Source: Psammoneis japonica
Taxonomy: Eukaryota
Length of the DNA stretch: 64,000 nucleotides
Assembly: GCA_008632985.1 (NCBI GenBank)
Contig: QPGO01000303.1
Coordinates: 1 to 64,000, forward strand
Direction of reading: 5' to 3'
Below the pieces are notes generated by a model. That model had not been told where the DNA came from and did not search any database. It was given only the letters and a program-made list of their open reading frames with translations. A program made the position numbers and the translations under genes. Below, in pieces: positions 35,301 to 46,000 of the stretch. Each line of letters begins with the position of its first letter. Within the stretch, counting starts at the first letter, position 1.

Positions 35301-36543
35301 CCCACCAGGCCACAAGAATGTCGTGGCTGATTTTTTGAGTCGCCATCCTGTTGTCCAAGTCGATCAAAGCGATTACGAGGAAATGACTTCGTTGGAAATC
35401 GATCCTTCGACATTCCCCGTTACTTTCGACATTATCGCCGACCATCAGAAAAAAGATTCTGCTCTTCAGCAACGACTCGACAAGTCCGAATCCCACTCAG
35501 CCGAACTGTTCAACGGAAAACAGATTGTCCTTTACAAGAACAAGATTGTCCTCCCTCCAACGCTTTTTCCTGCAGTTCTACGGTGGCACCATGAAACTCT
35601 CTGCCACCCTGGTGCTAATCGCACCTGCCAAACTTTGGCTTCACATTTTTACATTCGCGACATGCAGACGAAAGTCCGCACTTTTGTCCGCAAGTGCCGC
35701 ACGTGTTCCAAATCCAAGCGCACTGCGGCAAACTGTGGCGAATTACCTCTTCCAGATGCCACTTGTAAACCTTGGCAGGCAACTCAAGTCGATCTTTTCG
35801 GTCCCTGGACGCATGCCGACAAAAATGGTGTCGATCGCAAAATCAGAGCCGTTTCAATTGTTGATGTCGCAACCCGTTGGGTCGAACTCGCGAACTGTGA
35901 GTTCAAAACGTCCGAAGACATTTCACTTGTCGTCGATCGCGAGTGGTTTTGTCGCTGTCCGCGACCAGAAATTGTCATTTATGACAACGGTTCCGAATTC
36001 ACTTCCGAGTTTACAGATCTCCTCTACAGTTATGGTGTTAAACCGAAACCCACAACAATCAAGAATCCTCAAGCCAACGCGTTCGTTGAACGCATTCATC
36101 AAGTGACAGCCGATTCTCTCCGTGCGATGGATCTCCCTTCTCGCGATCATGATGAAGACACAATTCATGGAATTTTGCAATCCGTTGCATGGGCCTTGCG
36201 CAGTGCCTGCCATGCTGCCCTTGTGTCGTCTCCCGGACAAATTGTCTTCGGTCGAGACATGGTCATTTCTGCTGCTTGTCTTGCGAACTGGAAAATGATT
36301 GATGCCCGTCGCAAGCGCGATGTCCTGCGCAATGATCTCCGCGAAAACGCAAAACGTCTCACTTGCGACTACAACATCGGCAATCAAGTCTTCGTTGTGA
36401 CCAAAGACATCCAACGCAAACTCAACACCAAAGATGGTCCTTTCCGCATCGCACGTGTCCACACCAATGGAACCGTTGCCATCCAGCGCTCGCCTCACGT
36501 CACTGAACGTATCAACATCCGCCGTCTTCACCCTGTCTTCTAA
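32317..36543 (+). pseudogene. Gypsy gag-pol, single frame with one TGA at 33049-33051, inactivated by substitutions
   Basis: ORFs 32317-33051 and 33310-36543 share a frame. Motifs LLDAGA, DLRKLN, LPQG, YIDN (for YIDD), DASD, EKE, DHKNL, HPG, VDLFGP, DNGSEF, NAFVER and GPF. Confidence 0.9.
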
Positions 36544-36564
36544 CGTCTCAATTGGGGAAGCGAG

Positions 36565-36855
36565 TGCCGAGCATCACGGTCATCTACATTCATTCGTGTG
36601 TTCATTCGTGGGTGTCAGCCTGGTGTCAAAAGTGTCAAAAGGATGTCAACGATGACACTTTCTAGAAACCTCTTCTCCTTTCTCGATGCATCTCGATGCC
36701 TCTCGAAAGATTGTTTCTTTGTGTTTCTACGCGGTTTCTTAGCATTAATTCTACAAGATTTCGGAGCAGCCGAATCTCTTTCATTTCTTCTCACAACATT
36801 GGCAACAGTCAACTTTACAACACTGCTTTGTGCTGTTGCTTGGCGCCACTTGGCA
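36565..36855 (+). repeat. 3' LTR of gypsy element (TpA-mutated copy)
   Basis: 13 positions where the 5' LTR has TA read TG or CA here. Confidence 0.95.
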
Positions 36856-36966
36856 CGTCTGCCTGCCCAGAACGCTCAGCTGATTGAATTCATCCGCCGA
36901 TGTCCCCCCGTGCTCCAGCCATCCTCAAAAGTCAGAGCCATCGATTTGGTCCCAGGGAGTTGTCAT
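36856..36966 (-). pseudogene. Orphaned original N-terminus of the Crinkler-like gene
   Basis: Reads MTTPWDQIDGSDF*GWLEHGGTSADEFNQLSVLGRQT and joins LLNHFKQQQ in frame across the TSD. Confidence 0.7.
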
Positions 36967-37339
36967 GGTTGCCTTCAATTGTTTGTTGTCTCGCCGTGAT
37001 GCATTGACTCTTGTTGGCAGCTGTGTGTTGCACTCCTCCCCATGCATCACGCCTCCATGCGGCTCTCTGCTGACGTGTGCTGATGCTGCACGGTTTTGGC
37101 GGAACAGTGTGGGTGCGCACGAAGGAACACACAGAACTGCACAGAGTTTTGCGCGTTCGACAGTGATCAACGTTGCTGCAGACAACTCCCACTCAGGGTT
37201 TCGAACCCCTGGCCTCCTGCCCAATGGTTGCGATGAACCACTCCGCTGTGAATTCACAGTGTGGCATGCATGCAGACAAAAGGTCATTTTTGTCACGCCC
37301 TTTGTGACATTTAAAGGCTGCAACACGTCGCCGTGACAC

Positions 37340-39298
37340 GTTGACTCTTGTCAGCAGCTGCACATTGCACTGTCAACAATTTCTTGTCGCTTGAGTTTGA
37401 GCCTGCCCACAGCAGTGCTGCAGCCGAAATGGACATTGTGCGCTGGATGTGCAACATGAGGATCTCGCACCCCATGGAGGACATCCACCCAGTGGATGAT
37501 GATGCCACTGGGGCTTGCCGAACAATGAAGCATCACCCCAACCTCATGGCGATGCACACTTCTGTCCAGTGCGGCCATGGTGTTGCACAGACTGGGTGTG
37601 ACTTTGGCGATGCTCCAAACCCTTGCAACTGGGGTGGGGGCTGGTCTCAGAGCCGCCAACAGTTGGCTCAATGTGCTTTCCATGTCCCGAATGTCGTCGA
37701 GATCATGCAGCCTTTTTTTGCTGAAATTTGAATTCCCGGCTCCTCCTGCGGAAGATGATGTCTCTTCATTTGCCCAAGCCTTGCCGGACACTCTGAACCC
37801 TGGTGTTTTTCAGGATGGTCTTCGCATCTCACCGACCTTTGAACACCACGTCAATGACAACTTGCATGCGGACGTTCGTGATGTCTCACTCCGGACTGTC
37901 TCGGCGAGCGCACTCACCATCTTCATTCTCCAAGGCTTTCCTCATGAAGAAGTTCTGAATGCCTTGAGTTTGGAGAAGCTCAACCTCCTCCTTCACTGGG
38001 TTCACAAGCTCCTTGGGAGGCTGTGCAATGCCAGGAGGTTGACTGTCGGCATGCCAGACTACAAACGCGATGAGCTCCTCACTGTCCTCCTTGATTGGAC
38101 AGACAAAGTCAACCACCTCTTGGGGGAGGCGGCTTCTTCATTGGGGGCCTTGGAGAACCACACCCGACACTGTCCATGGGCCCGTTGTTGGTTTTTTCAG
38201 CTCCAGAACAATCTCCGGGCGGATCTGATTGCCAGGTGCCATGTTGCCCAACGCACATTTGCCAAGTCTGGTCATCGTGACCAAATTCTGGACCAACTTC
38301 CCCAAAAGCTCCTCTGCCGTCTGGAACCTGTTCTTGCAAAAGAAAAAGCCCAGAGCTCGTGTGCAATCTCCGGATTAAAACCACGGTGTCAAAGTCGCTT
38401 TGGTGGTCCTTGCAGTTTGTCCGACGACATGTTGAATCAACTCCCAACCCTTGGGAAGCTGAGATTGGAACGATTGTCCCACGTGATCCCCACTGTCAAG
38501 GGATTGGCGATGCCAGCGGCCTGGGTGGTGGCAGACATTGCCAAGAATTTCAATTTTGGTTTCTCGTGCTTTGGGGACCCGAGATCCAAAGAGGAGTCCA
38601 CTTGCGATCGGACTCTCCGGGCTGTGTTGTGATGAACTCCCTGGAGTTCATCGTTTCAATTTTAGTCCTGGCTGGCATCATTGCTTTCATGGAGTCCATC
38701 GATGAGCCATTGGACCCTGACCTGGTCTCGGCTCTCTTTTCCCAAGCCATCCTGGAGAACCTGGCAGTCAGGATGCGGACCGACAACATTGTTGGCAACG
38801 GGTGGCAGATCAGTTGTGCTACGAGCTCTCTCCAAGGCCAACAGCTGCTTTTAATTTGGTGTGCGCTCCGCACTCGGGCTCATCTTGGCCCCAATTCTGG
38901 AGGCGTGCACTGGTCAGGCGACCAAATGCAATTGGCCGATGACACATCTCGACCGTCTGACATTCACCTGCCTCATTCCGTTCGTGTTGCTCAGCTGTGT
39001 CAGAAGCATCCTTTTCTGAGGACTTGGACCTTTTTCCTCCCGAGTCAAGAGCTGCTGCAACTGCTCCACTCTCATCTGTTCTCCGAACTGCCGCCGGTCC
39101 CTGTCGAGACCCCGCAGCGCTCAGGACAGCTCGCACGAGATGCACCCACTGTTTCAAATTCACCAAGGATGTGAAGTGGAGTGCGGATGATCTGGAGATG
39201 CTCATGGAAAAGCTCCCGGAGCGTCGCTGCCTGACAGAAATTGAAGGCAAATGGCAAGAATTCAAACAACAACTCCTTGCTGCTGTCCAAACAGCAGA
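37340..39298 (+). mobile_element. Degenerate DIRS-like retroelement RT/RNase H
   Basis: Frame-broken motifs DDATGACR..KHHP, FGD...CNW, HHVND (for YVDD), GDASGLGGG, NSLEF and TDN. Confidence 0.6.
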
Positions 39299-42200
39299 TG
39301 AGTCTCCGCTCAGAGACCGTTGCAGGAGCCGAAAGACGTGCAAGTCGGTACAATCGGGCTGCTGTCATCATTCTTGTGAGCCTTGTGGCTCGAAAGCAAA
39401 CTACATCGCGCGCGAACGCGCGGAACTAAAGCACACAAAACTGTGCGCGGCAAACTAAACAGCGCGCGACATTTCGCGCGCACCCAAATCCTGTTCAAAT
39501 CCTGTCACTCCCCAGTTTGCTTGAGGAGCCACAGAAACAGATTCGACTTTGGATGGAATGAAGTTCCAGAACATGAGGGGGCGGAGAAGGTCCCAGATTT
39601 GGGAGTGACCCCAATGCTTGCTGAGAATGTCAGCAGGGTTGCGGGAGCCTTCGATGAAGTGGAACTCAAGGTGGCCAGAGGCAATTGCCTCACGCACACG
39701 GTGGAACGACAGTGCGGTGTGTCGCTTGTGTAACTTGGAGTGCGGGATGGTGGCACTGTCTACAACTGACTTGTTGTCACCAAACATGTGACTGACATTG
39801 CAGATCGGGACGCCAAGGTGGCGCAGGGTGATGCGCAGGTCAACAATCTGCTCGACACAAGTCCTTGCGGCAACAAATTCAGACCCGCAGGTTGCAGTCT
39901 CCATGGTGGCTTGCTTCTTAGAGAACCAATCAGCCGGGAATTTGTTGAGGAAGTGGAGCATTCCCATGACAGAGCGTCCGGTGAGCATGCAATGGTGCAA
40001 GTTTGCATCGACGTAATGGGTGGCAGTGACGAACTTGCCAAGGGGCGGTGGAGCGTCCTTCGGGATCATCTCTTCTGCTTCGCCGCACACGGAATGCATC
40101 CATTCACAGGCCGGAGCAGGGAGATCCGAGTGGTCGGGCTCTTCCGTGCGAACGCGGAGAGCGCCGTGTCGCATCTTGGAGAGGTGCCCACAGACGCGTT
40201 TGGCACGATCCAAGTGGCCTTGACGGGGCACAGCTCGGAAGCTAGAGAGTGACATGACGGCCGTGGCAATGTCAATTCGACCAAGGGACACTGCCCATTG
40301 GAGTGAACCAACAAGAGACTGGAACTTGTGAATGCCATCGGGCCCCAGCAGTTTGGAAGTGTCTGGTTCGGGGTGGTCACCCTTCTCCAGAGGTGACAGG
40401 GCGTTGGTGGCAGGTTTCTCCCCAAACAGTCGGGCACAGCTGTCGACCATGCGCTCGATGTACTTGCGCGGAGACAGGCGTGAGGTTCCGTTGGGATCCC
40501 GGGAAAAATCGCAACCCAGATGGAACTCAATGGGTCCCGCACCCTTGAGCTTGAACTTGCACTTTTCCGTGAGAGTGTCGACGAAAGATTGAGGGTCCTT
40601 CACAGCAATGGCAAGGTCATCCACACAAACGGCAATGTGTTCACAGTGGTCGCCGTTCCTGCGCATCCAAATGTCGGGTTCGGCGCGGCAGGGGAAGAAT
40701 CCTTCAGCTCACAGGCAGTCGGCGAAGCGCTCGTGCCAGCGGAGACCAGAGCTGCGCAGTCCACACAGGGCCTTGTGGATGACAAGGATGTGTCCTTCGA
40801 GTTTGCCAAATTCGGGTCCGGCTGCAATGTAGAGCTTCTCCTTGGTGGTGGCTTCAAGGCAGGCATTGCCAATGTCGGTGGCCCATGTCTCCAACTCGTT
40901 GAGTTCGGCCAGGAAAATCATCAGCCGAAGGCCACGGAGGGAGACTGCTCCGGAGTGGACACTGTCGACAGGTGCGTCCGTGAGGTGCCCATCGGCTGCG
41001 AGTCGTGCCTTGTGGTGACCGTCGTGTTTCACGTCGTGCACTGGGTGCACTCAGATCTTCTTGTGTCCTGCAGGAGGAGTGGAAGACTCGAAGGGCCCGC
41101 AGTCATGGAAGACTTTGCATTCCTCGAGTTGGTCCATCTCGAGATTAGTTGCGTCTCCCCATTTGCAGTTGCCATTGCGTTCGTCTAGTGACATGGCGTG
41201 TTTGCAGTTCCGGGGAACTTCGCATCCGCACTTGCAGCGAGGTGCAGTGTGGAAGGAGCAAAGCTTGGCTTGGTTGGCCATGCGAAATGGCTTCTTTTGG
41301 CGCCTCGCGATGGTGCGGAACCGCTTCCAGCCATCAGTGTCGAGAAGTCTGTTCTCTCGTGCATAGATGGTGCAGGTGACGGGGTCATCCTTGGCGATGA
41401 TGGCAAGAGGCTCGGACGTGATCTCCCCACTTTCCCATTCAAGCATGATGTTGTAGCTTGAGCCTTTCCAGGTTGGGTCATGAGGCTTCAGAGGTCCTTC
41501 GTGTGACACGATGCATCGAAATTTCCAAACAGCAGTGTCTTCGTCTTCTTGCTCAATGTGATTCATGATGTCGTTGCAGGCAAGGACTTCCTCACATTCG
41601 TCATTGTTGACAGAGCAGACAAACTCAGTGAGCTCGGGATTGCCGTTCACTTTCCATTCGTGTTCTTCGACGGCCTTGACGATGCGAGCTCTGTGGCATT
41701 GTCCATCCTCTTGTGGCTGCATGAGGAAGGTGCGTCCAATGATGTCTTGCGGATCGAAAACTGGCATCTTGGGTGTCCTGATCTCCCCACCAGGAGAATC
41801 GACGGGGTTGTCGTCATGGCGAGATTCGATGATGGGTTCAGGTGGCTCCCCATCAGGAGGATCAAGACGCAGGTTTCGAACGGCAGGATCGGTGGTGGCG
41901 GAGCGTACGTTGGACCGGTGGAGGATCTTCTGAGTCTCGTCAGAGAGAATCTTGAAGGTCATCTGGTGGCCGACGTGCTCAGCAATGCCAACAAAGCGTC
42001 CACGCAACTCACAGGATTCGGACGGCCAATCGGAGTCATCGAGGTGGAAGTGCACGGGTTCCCACCAGTGAAAGCGAAGCAATGGGCTGATGTCCGGGGT
42101 GGAGCCAGTGAGAGTCTCGAGGGGCGTGCACCAGTGGAGACGTGGGGACGCTGCATGGTTGAGTGTGAAGCACACATGCATGAGCGCCAGCAGCCATGTG

Positions 42201-43075
42201 TGGGCGGGCGAACCAAAACGATCCATGACAGTGTTTGCCATGCACTTCACGGTCTGGTGTCGACGCTCGGCAAAGTTTTGGTGTTGCTGGTGAGGCTCAC
42301 TTTGCCAGCTGGAGATGAAGAGGGCTCGTAGGATCCCGAGCACCTTGTTGCTGATCTCAACTTGAGCACGGTCACCAATGAGTTTGGATGGGGCACCACG
42401 CTCCCGGATCTGATCCTCGAGTGTGTTGACAAACTCTTTGTCCGTCTTGGTGCCGTGGACGTCAGTGACGGTAGACTCGGTGCCAACAAACAGTTGGGCG
42501 CTGGTGCAACCAGAGTCGACGGCCGGGGTGTTGGCACAAACGGTGTCAGTGGCAACAGGCTCGTTGCGGCGGTGCACATTAAGGGTGGGGTTGGGTGATT
42601 TGCAGGCCTTCCTAAGGTGTGTGCCGGTGGGCATGCGGACGTGCTGCGTGGTGCAGTCAAAAGTACGACGGACCGCATCGGCAGGGAGGAAGCCAAAGTG
42701 GGGCCGAAGAGACTCGAAGGGGGGGTCCTTGGGCTGCACAGTGCGCTCCGGGGGCGGAATGTCGTCGTCCTTGGGGTCAATCGCGTGTAGATGACACTCG
42801 TAGAACACGTCATAGTTCGGAATGAGGTGATCATCGATGGCAGACGCTTGATCGGCAGACAAGGAAGCGGACATGATGGTCTCGTTGACAACGACACGAT
42901 GACGGCAGTTGCCGCATTCGTCAAATGGGTTGGCAGTGGGATCGTCCTGCAGGTCAGAGATCGCGTCGCACCACTGGTCATTGTCAGTGACAGTGATCAA
43001 GGATCCCATGTGTCATCACCGGTGAGGATGACATGGGGCAGGGTGTCCCATTCAGCGTCAGTGCAAGGTTGAAGT
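39299..43075 (-). mobile_element. 5'-truncated second Ty1/copia (CoDi) element: integrase-RT-RNaseH plus probable 3' LTR (about 39299-39507)
   Basis: One frame 43009-39455 with two TGA stops. Motifs ATDT, DRAQVE, QNFAER, HKARL, DIGNA, CVDD, YVDAN, GSEF, GDN and ADILSK; PPT GGGGAG precedes TGACAGG at 39507. The left LTR edge is uncertain. Confidence 0.9.
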
Positions 43076-46000
43076 GCCCCTTGTCATCCATTGGGCACCC
43101 AAGACAATCAAAAGAAGGAATGCATCATTCTGAGATTCGGCTGAGTGGTGCAGCAAAGCGATCGGTCATGCAAATGCAGGCAGAGCACCAGCGTGGGCGG
43201 AGCAGGAGTTCTCACTGTGCAACAGAAATGCAGCAGCACAACAGCCCCATTTTAGAATTTCGCTTGATTCCGCAACGCATTCCGCATCACAAGAGCTCCA
43301 GAGATGACACGCCACATTCCGACCACAACACGGAAAGTGAAGCTGTTGCATTCCGTGCCATTGGTTGAGCAAAAGGAATCCACAAACAGAGTGCAGCAAA
43401 AGGAGCAGCAAATGGAATCTAAAACAAATGGCCTCTGTTTGACAAACGAAATGGTGAAACGGAATGTGCAAATTGCGTCTTGGGTGCGGAATGAGCACAT
43501 GCGTTGGAATGTGATGCGGACTTTGACGAGGCTTTTTTCATTTTGCACCGTGTTGTTCACATTCTGTTTTGAGGCCTTTTGCGACGGAGTCATGCACACA
43601 TTCCGTGCGATTCTGTGGATTCTTGTTTCCTGTGGTGTGTCGCAAAAGATTCTCATGCGCAGGAATTCCAAAATGTGATTCTTCTGCACGAGGGACACTG
43701 TCAGTTGCGATTGACATCATGACACAGGGCTTTCATGCTCTGTCTCAACCTCTGGCATCTGTCACTTTTGTCTCAGTTTGGTGCTTGCAGAGGGACAGAC
43801 CAGTGCCATCTTCCTGTGCTGCAGGCACCGAGGATGGAACGTGGGGCTGCGTTCCCCACATGCAAAGATGGCGGGCTGCCCTCAGCTGCTGTCATGACAC
43901 TCATTCTTGCATCATCAAAGCTGTGCATTTCTGAGTGTGGTTTTCTCCATTTGTCTGCAGCAGGCCATGCTGCTGCCGTGCTTGCTGCTGCCTTTCTTCT
44001 GGCTTCTTTGTTGCCAGGCAGTGCATCCACAGCACACACAGCGCCACAAAAGGAGCGAAACGACATCGTTGCTCAAGACAAGGCTTGAAACGCTCACACT
44101 TTTTTGTGGTCCAGCAGGACCTGCTCTGGCACACATGCTGCTTGAAAGTTTGCCACAGCATCTGTCACTTCTCTCTCCCACATTGGCGCTGACCAAGATG
44201 TCTTTGCAGCCACCATCTCTCGACTTGCCAGAGTCTGCATTGACACTCAGCAAACCGCTGGATTGACCAGGACTTTTTGAGATGTGACACAGGTTGATGG
44301 CAGGTTTGTCATGTGTGCTGAGGAAGGCTGGGCAGTCTTGCCAATGGTCTGCCAAGCTCACTCATCACACAAATCTCATCATGACAAGAAATGGCCAGCC
44401 CACCCTTCTTGCACTGAAGAGCATGTTGAGTGAAAAACTTGCATCAGGTGTGCACTCCAGTGGAGACATGTCACAGTTTCTTCTGCAATCTGACATTTGA
44501 CATCTTGTTTCTGGGAGCCATGTGCACCTGACATTGCCCGGCCTGTCAGCTCCTGGGTGGAGGTCCAGCCACCCCACATGTGAGCACCAATGCAGGAACT
44601 GGTGCAGGCTGTGCATCATTTCTGGGACCAATCATGCCAAGTTCCCAGCCCCCCCCCCCAGCCCTGGCATTGTTGTGAGAAACTCATGTGTTGGGTGGCT
44701 TGGGTCACTGGAATGCTGGAAAATGAGTGAGCAGGTGGGTGGAGGCAAGGGGCAAGAGAAAAACACAACAACAGAGGCCAGAATGCATGGAGATGAGGTG
44801 GATGACAAAGAAAGCAGCAGCAACAGAGAGCCTGCTGCAAATGTGCAAAGATTTGCTGAAATGTCAATGAGATGCAAACAGCGGCAAAGGATGCTGCAAA
44901 ATGTCTTCATTGCAAGTCTTTTGTGAGACTCTCCAAGTCATGAAGGAAACTTTGGATGCTGCTGACTGTGCAGCAGCTGCAGCTTCAAAGCTCTTCTCAT
45001 TCAAAGATTTTGGCTTGTCATCAGTGTTTCCAGAGAGCCGCTGATGGTCACTTGTGTGTGGCTTTAACGTGATCCCCTTGGCAGCCAAGGCACCATTTCA
45101 TGCCTCTTCTGTGGATCCCCATGCACCAGGAGTGGCCAGGACTGGAGGTTCAAGAGCCACCAATGCCTCTGGCAACTGAGCTGTGTGACTTGCCAATGCA
45201 GTTTTGACACAGATCAGAAGGAATGAGAATGTGAAGAGATGTCTAGAGAGAAGCCAGCCAAGAGAGCTGCAAGCTCAACTCTTGATTTTTCTTTGGGTGG
45301 GTGATTGTGCAGAGCTGCCCTTGATGTCAGCAGGCCCAAGTCAGCGCCCTTTCTTCTGCTGGGGCAACAGCAAACAGAAAGTCAGAGCAAGTGGCAGCAG
45401 CAAATTGGTTGGTTCTTGGGGGCTCTCAAATCACCATTTGTCTTTCTCCCAAGTGTCTGGCAGTCTTGGGGCAGGGAAGAGTGTTTCTTCCCCGGACACT
45501 GGCAAAGTTCAACTTTTCAATGTGCCAGTCAACACATCTCCAAATTCTTGGAGATGAGTGTGCACAATGTCAGGAGATCAACTGGAGCTCATTTGACCAG
45601 ATGTGCCAACCCATGTGCATTGGGTGTGAGATGGACTTGTGAGCAAGTGGCTGTCCATCACATGCAAGCTGCGCACTGCTGTGCACTGCACACAAACCAG
45701 ACATGCAGCATGCGCGGCTTTAAGCTGTGCTGTGTGCTTGCTGTGAAAGCAGCACAAATGGCACATCACCTGAAGAAAATTGCTCAGATGGCACAGCATG
45801 TGAACCTTCCATTGCAGCAAAGGGGCTGCTGGATGCTGTGATCAACTGTGTGGAGGAGCCCAAGGTTGGGGTGTTGTGGACAAAGTCAGGGAGCAGCACT
45901 GTGGCACAACTCTTGGCCATCACCACCCATGATGTTGCTTCCTCACACAACAAGGCCACAGCCAGCCCTGCTTGAGTTTGTTGCTCTCAGGTGACTCATC

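Larger units (their letters stand above)
31953..36855 (+). mobile_element. Full-length Ty3/gypsy LTR retrotransposon
   Basis: 291-bp LTRs TGCC...GGCA, TSD CGTCT (31948-31952 and 36856-36860), PPT GGGGAAGCGAG at 36554-36564, and protease-RT-RNaseH-integrase order. Confidence 0.96.

Noticed and set aside
33310..43009. Alternative genetic code (Cys/His codons read as Tyr)
   Set aside because: Host genes use TAY for conserved Tyr normally, and the same changes occur in non-coding LTRs.
31953..43075. Classical RIP (CpA to TpA) or APOBEC-like C-to-T editing as the explanation
   Set aside because: Conserved Tyr codons show that TA is ancestral, and TpA is depleted rather than enriched.
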